A stretch of 64,000 nt of DNA. Source: Eledone cirrhosa (lineage: Eukaryota). Below the pieces are notes generated by a model that saw only the letters and a list, made by a program, of their open reading frames with translations, was not told the DNA's origin and did not search any database. The DNA lies in contig OZ024740.1 in assembly GCA_964016885.1 (NCBI GenBank), forward strand, positions 216,318,001 to 216,382,000. The letters run 5' to 3'. Positions 49,479-62,872 of the stretch are shown here, one piece after another. How positions within the stretch are numbered: position 1 is the first letter of the stretch; each line of letters begins with the position of its first letter. Made by a program: the position numbers and the translations under genes.

Positions 49479-51015
49479 TCTTCCTCTATATCTCTTTTTT
49501 ACTTCCTTTCTGACACTATCTTTCTCTGGAAGAAATCTGCTGTACTCAGACCAAGAGAGGATATGGGCTCTGCCAAGTTTTAAAATGCCTTAGAAATGTT
49601 GTATCTCAATACAGGATCCCTGCGACTCCCTTAGGAGTTATGGGACCTTACATACAATGAAAGGGTTCAATTTATTTTTTCATTCCTATTTTTTAAAGTT
49701 TTTTGTAACTCCTAACAAATTAAGTGGTTGCTTGGAGACTGCTGCAGTGGTGATTACTTGCTGCCTTTTGGGGGGGTGACTGGCAATAACATTTTTTTTC
49801 TTTTAATTTTGAATAATTTCCCTGAAAACCTGCTGTCTGGAACATACAGGGCATTTCCAGAACTACAAAACCTTCAAATATACCTCTCCTAATGAATGTA
49901 TATGACCCTGAGTTACCTTTAGTAGAGTCCAGTCTGTTGTAAACATTTAGGCCAGGTCTTCAATCTGAGGATACTTTCTTCTCTTTAACCCTCCTGATTC
50001 AGAAGTCCTGAAATGATTCCCTCCTTCACTAAACAGTAAATAAAAACAGTTGTAATTGCATATGTAAAAACCAACCTTCTTTATCTAGACATACATACAA
50101 ATGTGATACAATATATAATAACATAATGTATATTGATCACACATAAATTTCAGTTATATTCATAACAAATGTTACTTTTTAACATGATTTTTACATAATT
50201 TTGTATTAAATTAAAATAAGAAAGAAATAGTAAAGACAAATAGAATGGCTAATGTGAATGAATACATCAAATAATGAATAAGTATATTTTGTCTTTTATA
50301 CATTAATTAGGCATAACAATACTTATGTATTAAAGTTATACACTGGGTCATTTTATGTTTAAACAATTTTTAATGAATTGTAAAAAAAAATTTCCATAAA
50401 TGTTTTCCATTTTATTGTATTCAATTTAACAGTCTGTTGGTTTTAAAAGTTCTGTAGAATGGAGTTTTATTGAGTGCATAACATTGATAATTATGTAAGC
50501 TGTTTTTTTCTATGCACAACTGATGACCTATATTTGATGCATGTCAGCATATAGTGCCTTTTAGATTATTTACTAACTGGCAAATAAATGTTCTGCAACT
50601 AACTGAAAACTGTTAATTTCTGTTGTATTCAATTGTATGAAGAAGGAAAACCAACAGTATTTTAGGAGAATATGAAATATGAAGGTCGGCTTAAAAGTTC
50701 ATAGGCTGACCAAGTTACTCTCAAGGAATGACTAAATCAGGTTTATTCAGTTATTCAGAATTTTCATTGAGCCAGAGTATAGATGTTATTCTCCTATAAA
50801 TATATATATATATTAACCATAACATACATGCTCATAATATTGTCCTTGTTGAGGTAATGTTTTGTGGCTATATGCCCTTCCTGGTACCAACATATGCTCT
50901 TCCTGGTACCAACCCATTTAGTCACTTCTTACAACACAGGGATACAGTCTACTTTTTCTTAACCAGATACATACAACATGGATAATTTTCTTAACAATTG
51001 TGAAACCAATTGAAA

Positions 51016-51218
51016 TACAAGAGCTGGTTAAAAAGTTCACAGGCTGACCAAGATACTCTCATGGAATGACCAAATGAGGTTTATTTTTCAACATAGTGCC
51101 TGGAAAGAAATAATGCAGTTATTAATAAGAAGAGTTTGAAATTAATGCATGCAAGATTTCACAGCTCTAGCATCACTCTTTCATAATCAGCCTATGAACT
51201 TTTCAGCCCACCCTTGTA
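51016..51218. mobile_element. Mariner-type MITE (TA TSD)
   Basis: Inverted copy of 19979-20179; a partial end also lies at ~50678-50750. Confidence 0.85.
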
Positions 51219-51454
51219 ATTAGGGGATTAATAGGGTTTATAGACAATTTGAAATGTTAAAGTTAACTAGCTAGTGAGAAAACAGGGCCAGCATGAAATT
51301 TCAAAAGGATGTGTATTTTATTTTAAAGGAGTTATTGATGTATGTGTGTGTGTGTGTGGTTTGAGGCCCAAGTGAAGTAAGTTTGATGTAAAGATATGTG
51401 CACAACAAATGTTTAGATGTGATGTTTATAACAACTGTGTGTTGGTAGATATGG

Positions 51455-51652
51455 TCTAAGGCTGAGTGGTTAGAGATTCACAATCTTCAGGTTGAGAGTT
51501 TGATTCCTGGACCGTCCGATGTGTTATGTCCTTGAGCAAGACACTTTATTTCATGTTGCTCCTTCTACCTGGAGTTGCGACTGATAGATAGTACTAACAA
51601 CTGGAAAGACCGACGAAAACATTGTTTCCTCGGTCTGATTTGACGAAAGTCG

Positions 51653-51658
<6 letters not shown>
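51455..51658 (+). mobile_element. Older tRNA/CORE-type SINE with a different tail
   Basis: AGTGGTTAGAG...GAGTTTGATTCC...GTCCTTGAGCAAGACACTT, then GGAAAGAC..AAACATTGTTTCC. The tail is also seen at ~38135-38200 and 45490-45650. Confidence 0.65.
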
Positions 51659-51687
<29 letters not shown>

Positions 51688-51690
<3 letters not shown>

Positions 51691-51913
51691 GTAGTAACAC
51701 AACAGTTAGTTCACACCATACCGAGAACAATTGTTTCACCTTAGCAGATCTTCAGCTCGAACTGGTCATGGTTATACTTTTCTGTTCCGTATAACCATGA
51801 CCAGTCCGAGCTGAAGATCTGCTATGGTGAAGTAACTGTTGTGTTACCACTTCTACCAAACTCGTCCCATGGACTGAGTGCTCTACCACTACGGATATTA
51901 CCATCCAGTGTTT

Positions 51914-51920
<7 letters not shown>
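51688..51920. mobile_element. Penelope-like pseudo-LTR fold-back
   Basis: AGAAGTAGTAACACAACAGTTA...GGTTATAC pairs with GTATAACC...TAACTGTTGTGTTACCACTTCT; flanked by (TA)n and (CT)n. Confidence 0.72.
51722..51759 (-). ncRNA. Minimal type I hammerhead ribozyme motif
   Basis: Minus strand reads CGAG-CUGAAGA-UCUGCUAAGGU-GAAAC AAUU GUU/CUCG, with the same palindromic stem III as the 32177 motif. Confidence 0.72.
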
Positions 51921-51948
<28 letters not shown>

Positions 51949-52335
51949 GTGTGTACTACTATGTTGGCAGGTTGGTAGATATGGTTTAAGGTAGATGATT
52001 ATATATATATATATATGTGTGTGTATTGGTAGATATATGTGCAACAACTGAGTGTGTTGTAGAGAGACGTGTACTACAAATGTGTATTAAATAGGTGTAA
52101 TGTAGTTTTACAAATGTGTATTAAATAGGTGGTGTGTTGTAGAAAGATATGTGTACAACAAATATGTGTTTAATAGGTCTGTTGTAAAGATATAGTTTTG
52201 TGTGTGTGAAGGGGTTAATTTTGATAGATTTAATCATAAAATATGTTCTTATAAATCAGTGTTGTGTCCTCTTGAGAAATAAGACAACAGTATATGAAAT
52301 AAATTGCAGAAATAAGAACAACTGAAACATTTCAT

Positions 52336-52520
52336 TGGATTGGCAGTATCGGTAGAGGGTCTGACGCTATGCTTTGCAGCAAAGAGTTATGCCCTTTATG
52401 GTCTGAGTTCAAATCCCGCCGAGGTTAACTTTGCCTTTCATCCTTACGGGATCGATAAAATAAAGTACCAGTAATACACTGGGATAATTGCTGGCCTTGT
52501 GCCAAATGTAGAAACAATTA
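52336..52520 (+). mobile_element. SINE family B
   Basis: Full family B sequence. Confidence 0.88.
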
Positions 52521-52594
52521 TATTTCTAATTATGCATGCTTTATTTTAATGAAGAATTTGGAGGTATTTACTAGATTTATTATTACATTACTGA

Positions 52595-53010
52595 GGCTGG
52601 TGGATTGGCAGTATTAAATGTCGGGCAACATACTTTACGGCATGGAGTTACGGCCTTTTACATTCTGAGTTCAAATCCCGCCATGGTTAGCTTTGCCTTT
52701 CATCCTTACATATTTGTTAAAACAAAGTACCAGTAATGCACTGGGATCAATTTAACCCTTTAGCATGTACATTACTCTATATTTACTATTATATTTTCAC
52801 AGTAAAGGCTTTATCTCACAATATTGGATCTATGATATTTTGATATTATTTACTTTGAGAATGATACTTTAACATCAGTATGAGTGGCCAGTTTGAATAG
52901 AAAGAGGTGAGAGAATTCTGGACGAATATGGCCGGTTTAAATGCTAAAGGTTTAATCGGCTTTCCACTCCCCAAAAATAGTTGGCCTTGTGCATAAATCA
53001 GAAAATCTTA
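52595..53010 (+). mobile_element. SINE family B interrupted by a piggyBac-like MITE
   Basis: SINE sequence GGGATCAAT-TTAA-TCGGCTTTCC is split at TTAA. Confidence 0.82.
52752..52955. mobile_element. piggyBac-like MITE family 1 with duplicated TTAA
   Basis: TTAA on both sides where the uninterrupted SINE copy at 14220 has a single TTAA. Confidence 0.88.
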
Positions 53011-53589
53011 TTTCATTATTAAGATATTATTTGTAACCTAATTTGAGAAATGGTTCTTAAATAAAATTATGTTTGAAGATTTAAATTTAAATAAGAACTC
53101 TTGAAATGAGTGGTTTTGTTTCAGGTTGGTATGAAAATGGTTAATAAGGTAGAGAGAGACAGAAAGGGGGCATTACACTGTATTGTAAGAAGCAGGGAAT
53201 TTGTTAGTGAGGAAAGAGAAAAATGAGAAGCTGAGAGGGAGAGAGAAAAAAGAGAGTGAGAAGGAGGAGCTGTTGAAATTTATGACATTTCAAACTTTTT
53301 ATTACCATAATAAATGTATTCTAAAACCTTAGGGGTGCACAGTGACCCCTTAACAAATGTGTTTTTTTTTTTTTTTTTTTATAAATTTATTTTATTTATA
53401 TATGATGACAATATTGATTATTTTTTGACTTGGCACAAAACCAATTCTTTTTATGGAGTAAGAAGTAATGCTAACTGAAGTGACACATTTTATTTATTTA
53501 TCCTGTGGTGGATGGTAAGATTTGACCTTGTCATCATTTCAATTCAGTCATCTATTGAGTTTGCTGTTCTTCTGTTTCATTGATTTCCA

Positions 53590-53606
53590 CCACCAGATGG
53601 CGGCAG
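53590..53606 (+). promoter_or_regulatory. Candidate CTCF-binding motif
   Basis: CCACCAGATGGCGGCAG matches the CCACYAGRKGGCRS core and is an isolated GC-rich word in unique AT-rich DNA. Confidence 0.5.
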
Positions 53607-55111
53607 TATTTGTTGTTGCTATTCATACCTGATTGTCTTCTCATAGCCTAAAGATTTCTTTTTTTTTTTTTTATTTATTTATTATTTCTTTCTTATTTCC
53701 ATCATTAACATTCTAACAAAAGCTTGTATTGATGTGACATTCTCTTTAACTCCACACCAACATCTGATCTTTTTACTCTTTTGAAATCCATGTTTTTATT
53801 TTTTATTATACTTCCATGTTATATTTTTAATTTATTTGTAAATTCAAATATTTATTATTTTTTGTTCTCTTTACTTCACTATATATTTTTAAAGTAGTTG
53901 ATACAAGATGTTTATTGTGTCATAGCACTGTTAAAAAGATAGTCTTTTCTAGTGCTTTATTTATTCGGCTCCATTGTTTTTTGTTTCTTTACAAGCCTTT
54001 TGTAAAGCTGGAACATCTTAAATCTTCAATAACTATATTAAATAGATATATTTTAAATCATTTATTTTTCTTTGTTATAATTGTTTCTGAGTTATAAATT
54101 GATGAATGTTGTGAATATTACAAGATATATATAATTCATCATGCTATAATTTACAAACTTTTCTTGTATGTCTAGTTGTATTGCTTCAATGTTCATACAT
54201 CAAACAGTCTATGCACATTTTGTTGATCTATAATTACTTTGATGAAAACAGCATTCCTTCATTTCATTTCATATATTTTTTGAACATCATTCTTTGATAT
54301 ACTGTAGACCTCACAAATCTCAGTTTGACTCCAGTTAAAGTGGATTACATATGAATGGATGTTCAATCACATGTGGCAGTCATTAGAACTTTGTTCGGGC
54401 TTTCTGTATTCTGAGTTCAAATCTTTCCAAGGTTATTGTTGTCTTCAAACTACCATCATGCTGTATTTCCACTAGTCAAGCTCTAGAGTAGTTCTACCCT
54501 CTATAATATATTTACCAGGTCTTTGCTATATTGACAGTAAGCCAATCCAGCTCTATTTCTCCACACTATGGCTATTATATTGTTCGAGTCTTTCAATTTA
54601 GGTTTCAACTTCTTTGCTACATTTTTACAACAGTAGAAGACTATTTTGTAAGGTGCAACACAGTGCAGTCTAATCTAAACCATGTATGTGTAAAACACAT
54701 TTCTTATCCATGTTACTATTAATATCTCTGAAATTACTGCACAGTTATATGAGAGAGGAAAAATGACAGCTTACACCTGCATAGATTTAGCCAACCTCTC
54801 ATGTTTTTTGCTTCTCGGAAGTTTTCTTGGAAGAAATAATTCTTTCTTCAATGTATCTATTTTTGGATATAATTTAATAACCTTACCAAACATTTAAACT
54901 TTCAGACGAAGTAATCCTTTATATAAGCAGTTTTGTATGAAGAAAACTATATGATCTAATATTATTTTTGTCAAAAGTTCAAAAGAAAAACAAATTTATA
55001 TAAATATATGAATAAGAAATTTCTAAAACTCTTTTCACAGAATTTCAAAAGTTAAAGACTAACAATCCAATATTGTGTGACCAATTTTTATTAAAAAATG
55101 AATTTTTATTT

Positions 55112-58100
55112 CACTCACACTATGGCTTTATAGCATTACTTTATCACTAGGCACTCCCTTACACGATGGCTTTATAACATTACTTTACCACTAGGCACTC
55201 CCTCACACTATGGCTTTATAGCATTACTTTATCACTAAGCACTCCCTTACACTATGGCTTTATAGCATTACTTTACCACTAAGCACTCCCTTACACTATG
55301 GCTTTATAGCATTACTTTACCACTAAGGACTCCCTCACACTATGGCTTTATAACATTACTTTACCACTAAGCACTCCCTTACACTATGGCTTTATAGCAT
55401 TACTTTACCACTAAGGACTCCCTCACACTATGGCTTTATAGCATTACTTTACCACTAAGCACTCCCTCACACTATGGCTTTATAGCATTACTTTACCACT
55501 AAGGACTCCCTCACACTATGGCTTTATAGCATTACTTTACCACTAGGCACTCCCTCACACTATGGCTTTATAACATTACTTTATCACTAGGCACTCCCTC
55601 ACACTATGGCTTTATAGCATTACTTTACCACTAAGGACTCCCTCACACTATGGCTTTATAGCATTACTTTATCACTAAGGACTCCCTCACACTATGGCTT
55701 TATAGCATTACTTTACCACTAGGCACTCCCTCACACTATGGCTTTATAACATTACTTTACCACTAGGCACTCCCTCACACTATGGCTTTATAACATTACT
55801 TTACCACTAAGCACTCCCTCACACTATGGCTTTATAGCATTACTTTACCACTAAGCACTCCCTTACACTATGGCTTTATAACATTACTTTATCACTAAGC
55901 ACTCCCTTACACTATGGCTTTATAGCATTACTTTACCACTAGGCACTCCCTTACACTATGGCTTTATAACATTACTTTACCACTAGGCACTCCCTTACAC
56001 TATGGCTTTATAGCATTACTTTACCACTAAGCACTCCCTTACACAATGGCTTTATAACATTACTTTATCACTAAGCACTCCCTTACACTATGGCTTTATA
56101 ACATTACTTTACCACTAAGCACTCCCTTACACTATGGCTTTATAGCATTACTTTACCACTAGGCACTCCCTCACACTATGGCTTTATAGCATTACTTTAC
56201 CACTAGGCACTCCCTCACACTATGGCTTTATAGCATTACTTTACCACTAGGCACTCCCTCACACTATGGCTTTATAGCATTACTTTACCACTAGGCACTC
56301 CCTTACACTATGGCTTTATAGCATTACTTTACCACTAGGCACTCCCTCACACTATGGCTTTATAGCATTACTTTACCACTAGGCACTCCCTCACACTATG
56401 GCTTTATAGCATTACTTTACCACTAGGCACTCCCTCACACTATGGCTTTATAGCATTACTTTACCACTAGGCACTCCCTTACACTATGGCTTTATAACAT
56501 TACTTTACCACTAGGCACTCCCTCACACTATGGCTTTATAGCATTACTTTACCACTAGGCACTCCCTCACACTATGGCTTTATAGCATTACTTTACCACT
56601 AAGCACTCCCTTACACTATGGCTTTATAACATTACTTTACCACTAGGCACTCCCTCACACTATGGCTTTATAGCATTACTTTACCACTAGGCACTCCCTC
56701 ACACTATGGCTTTATAGCATTACTTTACCACTAGGCACTCCCTCACACTATGGCTTTATAGCATTACTTTACCACTAGGCACTCCCTTACACTATGGCTT
56801 TATAACATTACTTTACCACTAGGCACTCCCTCACACTATGGCTTTATAGCATTACTTTATCACTAAGCACTCCCTCACACTATGGCTTTATAGCATTACT
56901 TTACCACTAAGCACTCCCTTACACTATGGCTTTATAGCATTACTTTACCACTAGGCACTCCCTCACACTATGGCTTTATAGCATTACTTTACCACTAGGC
57001 ACTCCCTCACACTATGGCTTTATAGCATTACTTTACCACTAAGCACTCCCTTACACTATGGCTTTATAGCATTACTTTACCACTAGGCACTCCCTCACAC
57101 TATGGCTTTATAACATTACTTTACCACTAGGCACTCCCTCACACTATGGCTTTATAGCATTACTTTACCACTAAGCACTCCCTTACACTATGGCTTTATA
57201 GCATTACTTTACCACTAGGCACTCCCTCACACTATGGCTTTATAACATTACTTTACCACTAGGCACTCCCTCACACTATGGCTTTATAGCATTACTTTAC
57301 CACTAGGCACTCCCTCACACTATGGCTTTATAGCATTACTTTACCACTAAGCACTCCCTTACACAATGGCTTTATAGCATTACTTTACCACTAGGCACTC
57401 CCTCACACTATGGCTTTATAGCATTACTTTACCACTAGGCACTCCCTCACACTATGGCTTTATAGCATTACTTTACCACTAGGCACTCCCTCACACTATG
57501 GCTTTATAGCATTACTTTATCACTAAGCACTCCCTTACACTATGGCTTTATAGCATTACTTTACCACTAAGGACTCCCTCACACTATGGCTTTATAGCAT
57601 TACTTTACCACTAAGGACTCCCTCACACTATGGCTTTATAGCATTACTTTACCACTAGGCACTCCCTCACACTATGGCTTTATAGCATTACTTTACCACT
57701 AGGCACTCCCTCACACTATGGCTTTATAGCATTACTTTACCACTAGGCACTCCCTTACACTATGGCTTTATAACATTACTTTACCACTAGGCACTCCCTC
57801 ACACTATGGCTTTATAGCATTACTTTACCACTAGGCACTCCCTCACACTATGGCTATATAGCATTACTTTACCACTAAGGACTCCCTCACACTATGGCTT
57901 TATAACATTACTTTACCACTAGGCACTCCCTCACACTATGGCTTTATAACATTACTTTACCACTAAGCACTCCCTTACACTATGGCTTTATAACATTACT
58001 TTACCACTAGGCACTCCCTCACACTATGGCTTTATAACATTACTTTACCACTAGGCACTCCCTCACACTATGGCTTTATAGCATTACTTTATCACTAAGC

Positions 58101-59570
58101 ACTCCCTTACACTATGGCTTTATAGCATTACTTTACCACTAAGGACTCCCTCACACTATGGCTTTATAGCATTACTTTACCACTAAGGACTCCCTCACAC
58201 TATGGCTTTATAGCATTACTTTACCACTAAGCACTCCCTTACACTATGGCTTTATAACATTACTTTACCACTAGGCACTCCCTTACACTATGGCTTTATA
58301 GCATTACTTTACCACTAAGCACTCCCTCACACTATGGCTTTATAACATTACTTTACCACTAGGCACTCCCTCACACTATGGCTTTATAGCATTACTTTAC
58401 CACTAGGCACTCCCTCACACTATGGCTTTATAGCATTACTTTACCACTAGGCACTCCCTTACACTATGGCTTTATAACATTACTTTACCACTAGGCACTC
58501 CCTCACACTATGGCTTTATAGCATTACTTTACCACTAAGCACTCCCTTACACTATGGCTTTATAACATTACTTTACCACTAAGCACTCCCTTACACAATG
58601 GCTTTATAGCATTACTTTACCACTAAGGACTCCCTCACACTATGGCTTTATAGCATTACTTTACCACTAAGCACTCCCTTACACTATGGCTTTATAACAT
58701 TACTTTACCACTAAGCACTCCCTTACACTATGGCTTTATAACATTACTTTACCACTAGGCACTCCCTCACACTATGGCTTTATAGCATTACTTTACCACT
58801 AGGCACTCCCTCACACTATGGCTTTATAGCATTACTTTATCACTAAGCACTCCCTTACACTATGGCTTTATAGCATTACTTTACCACTAAGGACTCCCTC
58901 ACACTATGGCTTTATAGCATTACTTTACCACTAAGGACTCCCTCACACTATGGCTTTATAGCATTACTTTACCACTAGGCACTCCCTCACACTATGGCTT
59001 TATAGCATTACTTTACCACTAGGCACTCCCTTACACTATGGCTTTATAACATTACTTTACCACTAGGCACTCCCTCACACTATGGCTTTATAGCATTACT
59101 TTACCACTAGGCACTCCCTCACACTATGGCTTTATAGCATTACTTTACCACTAAGCACTCCCTTACACTATGGCTTTATAACATTACTTTACCACTAGGC
59201 ACTCCCTTACACTATGGCTTTATAGCATTACTTTACCACTAAGCACTCCCTCACACTATGGCTTTATAACATTACTTTACCACTAGGCACTCCCTCACAC
59301 TATGGCTTTATAGCATTACTTTACCACTAGGCACTCCCTTACACTATGGCTTTATAGCATTACTTTATCACTAAGCACTCCCTTACACTATGGCTTTATA
59401 ACATTACTTTACCACTAGGCACTCCCTCACACTATGGCTTTATAGCATTACTTTACCACTAAGCACTCCCTTACACTATGGCTTTATAACATTACTTTAC
59501 CACTAAGCACTCCCTTACACTATGGCTTTATAGCATTACTTTACCACTAGGCACTCCCCCACACTATGGT
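55112..59570. repeat. 44-bp minisatellite, ~100 copies
   Basis: Unit ACTATGGCTTTATARCATTACTTTACCACTARGCACTCCCTYAC. Confidence 0.97.
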
Positions 59571-59837
59571 CTCCACTACAATACAGTCTGCCCCAACCAT
59601 CATACTCTCACACATCTCACCCATTCATTTTGGTCCTTCTTTGCCATTACTTTCTCATTCAGTCACCCTGTTGATTAGATTGCCTTAAATGAGTGGAGAC
59701 AATGTGGAGTATTGAGTACTTCCTTAGTCTTCTTAAATTCAAGGTAGGAAAACTCACCAGTGTTCATGTTAGGAAGGGGATCTATCCAAAGAAACCACAC
59801 AATAAAAAAGGAATGTATGAGCTAGACATTGTTTTCT

Positions 59838-60265
59838 AACTGGTCTAGCCTTGGGCAGTAACAACCTGCCCACTGGTCTACAACCTGCCCACTGGTCTAG
59901 TCTTGGGCAGTAACAACCAGCCTACTGGTCTACAACCTGCCCACTGGACTAGTCTTGGACAGTAACAACCAGCCTACTGGTCTACAACCTGCCCACTGGT
60001 CTAGTCTTGGACAGTAACAACCTGCCCACTGGTCTAGTCTTGGGCAGTAACAACCAGCCTACTGGTCTACAACCTGCCCACTGGTCTAGTCTTGGACAGT
60101 AACAACCTGCCCACTGGTCTAGTCTTGGGCAGTAACAACCAGCCTACTGGTCTACAACCTGCCCACTGGTCTAATCTTGGACAGTAACAACCTGTCTACT
60201 GGTCAAGTCTTGGACAGTAGCAACCTGTCTACTGATCAAGTCTTGGACAGTAACAACTTGTCTAA
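59838..60265. repeat. Compound 33/18-bp tandem repeat running into an RTE-type 3' tail
   Basis: CTGGTCTAGTCTTGGRCAGTAACAACCTGCCCA alternates with CTGGTCTACAACCTGCCCA and ends ACAACTTGTCTAACCCATACCAGCATGAAAAGCAGACATAAAA. Confidence 0.85.
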
Positions 60266-60770
60266 CCCATACCAGCATGAAAAGCAGACATAAAACCATT
60301 ATGAATGTCAGAATAAGAAAGCATAACAAACTCTAAATGACAATGTTTTATTTTCATTGACTTAGAAAATAATAACTGCATGATCATGGGTTAAATGACT
60401 TGATAATTACTGCAATTTAGAATGAAAGTGTTGGCAATAAATCTTCCTGGTGAGTTGGAATGCTTACATGCTCTTAAGAGTAAGCACTTTCTATTAAAAT
60501 GAAAATAGTTACAAACTACAATGATATGATGTATGAAATAGTGAAGCTATTAACAATATAAAGTGGTTGCTAAGAGGTCTTAACTATCACTATCAACACT
60601 TGTTGGAAGTTGAAATAATCACTTGATAAGGGGCAAAAAGTCTCTCTATATATATATATGAGCATATACTTTTCATTTCAATGCTGTCTTCATGTGTGTG
60701 TGTGTGTGTGTATTTGTAAATATGTCTGTGCATGTATGGGTGTGTTTGTATATATGAGTGTGTGTGTTTG

Positions 60771-60809
<39 letters not shown>

Positions 60810-62005
60810 CTGTCTAAATATTTTAAAAGTTTTTAATTAAGTTGAAAATTATCACAGGTTATATGTTTATTTCAACAAAGTATGGAACACTCTCTCTCCT
60901 CTCTCTCATTCCCCTTCTCTCCCTCTTTCCGTCTCTCTCTCCACGCTTATATATGAATGTACATATTTTTCTGTAATACTTAAATTGTGACTTGAATATT
61001 TTTTTTTCTATTTAAAAATTCTCATATTTCTTAGCATGCTAGAATTAATTGGTCCTGTTGCCCTGAATGAGAAGAACCACTGTAAAGTTAGTGATGAAAT
61101 AGAACCACTGTAAAGTTGAGAGAACTCATTAGTACTGTTGGAGACAACCTCTCTAATTATAATGAAACATATAAAAAAAAAATCATTTAACAGAAGCAAA
61201 TTAAACTTACATACAATGTAAAATCCAGCATACAAATAATTCTAGTGAATAGCTTAGAATTTTTACAAACCCCAACTTTTAACTGTTTAATAGGACTTTT
61301 TAAAATTTATTTGGGACCTAAGCAACACAAAAAAAGTGATTACAAGCCAGGAACAGATAAAAATGTTTTTTTGTTACACGATGTTATTGATGGTACAATA
61401 TAATATGCTGAGTATATTCTGTAAAGTATTTGCTGTTAGGAAGGGCAGCTAGATTGCTATTAGGAAGGGCTGCTAGGTGTAACTGTTATTAGGAAAGGCA
61501 GCTAGATATAGTTGCTGTTAGGAAGGGCTGCTAGATGTAGAAACTATGCAAAAAGTGTTGGTGTCACACTAAAAAGATACAACCACTATTACCCCCTGTA
61601 AAGTGGTTTGCATAAAGCAATAGAATCATTGTAAAAAAAAAAAGGAATGCTGAGTGAAAGATGGTTCTGCAACTTAACTAGTCTCAAATCATGATGACCC
61701 ATTCAACCAAGGAGTGAATGGAAAATAGATGTAAAATGATTGTAATCAGTCAAAAATATTATTAATCAAGTGTACTTCTGCCTGAGATATCACCATCATC
61801 ATCATTGTATATCCATTTTTCATGCTTGCATGGGTTTAACCAATATTATCTCTTTCTGTCATCTGTTAACAATAATGTGTATCTTGGTTTATAGAATAGT
61901 TACACTATATTTCTCCCTGTCTTAAGAAGTAACTAAAAGAATTAGTGTCAGGAAGAATGGTAGTGATATTTATCATTATTAATACCATTGTTATTATTTT
62001 GAAAA

Positions 62006-62199
62006 GGGCGGTGGATTGGCAGTATCGGTAGAGGGTCGGACGCCATGCTTTGCAGCAAAGAGTTACGGCCCTTTACGGTCTGAGTTCAAATCCCGCCGAG
62101 GTTAACTTTGCCTTTCATCCTTACGGGGTCGATGAAATAAAGTACCAGTAATGCACTGGGATAATTGCTGGCCTTGTGCCAAAGGTAGAAATAATTATT
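62006..62199 (+). mobile_element. SINE family B, full length
   Basis: GGCGGTGGATTGGCAGTATCGGTAGAGGGTCGG...GAGTTCAAATCCCGCC...GGGGTCGATGAAATAAAGTACC. Confidence 0.9.
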
Positions 62200-62872
62200 T
62201 AGAAAATATTCTGAATTTCATTGGTGGGCTCCCCAAAAAATAATCAGTGTGATGTTTGTATCAGATATAATTTTTAAAAAGAATTTATTGCCAACTGATC
62301 AAATATGATCAAAACTGGGGCCCCCTGTCATTAAAATACTCAAGGAACCTCTTAAAAGGTGCACATGAGGTGTGAGTTATAACAGTTACAGAAACTGGTC
62401 AAGTAAATCTATAAAATATTCCTATGTCAAGTTATGATGTAACCGGTCAAAGTACAAAATATACTGTAAGCTTTTCTAGCTTATTACTTCACTGAACCTT
62501 TTATAGATTCTTCTATAATTCTAAGTTACACCTTCTAAATTTGTCCCTGGTCCAGAGACTCACCAGGCTGCTGCTTATCCCAGTTTTGTGTCATGAAGTG
62601 ACTGAGAGTACAAGACTTCACCCTGGACAGGACTTCTATCCTAGCTATTGCTGGTACTCATTTTCAACTAAGTATACTGGAGCAATGTGAAATGAAATGT
62701 TTTGCTCAACACACAACCCAGTCCAGGAATTGAACACATGGCATTATGATCATAAGTCCAACTCTCTTACCACTAGGCAGCATATCTCCACAATTCACTC
62801 CTTATCAATCAATATTTCTATAGAATAGTCAAAGAACTACCACTAACCATCTCAAATTATTGTGATTATATT

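Noticed and set aside
49915-50035. Exon-like minus-strand segment with acceptor and donor signals (similar weak candidates at ~36.7 kb and ~37.75 kb)
   Set aside because: Stops in all frames or too short, and no family recognised; needs transcript data.
54771-54893. 40-aa minus-strand ORF (MFGKVIKLYPKIDTLKKELFLPRKLP...) ending near a GTAAG donor-like site
   Set aside because: No recognisable homology or partner exons; compatible with chance.
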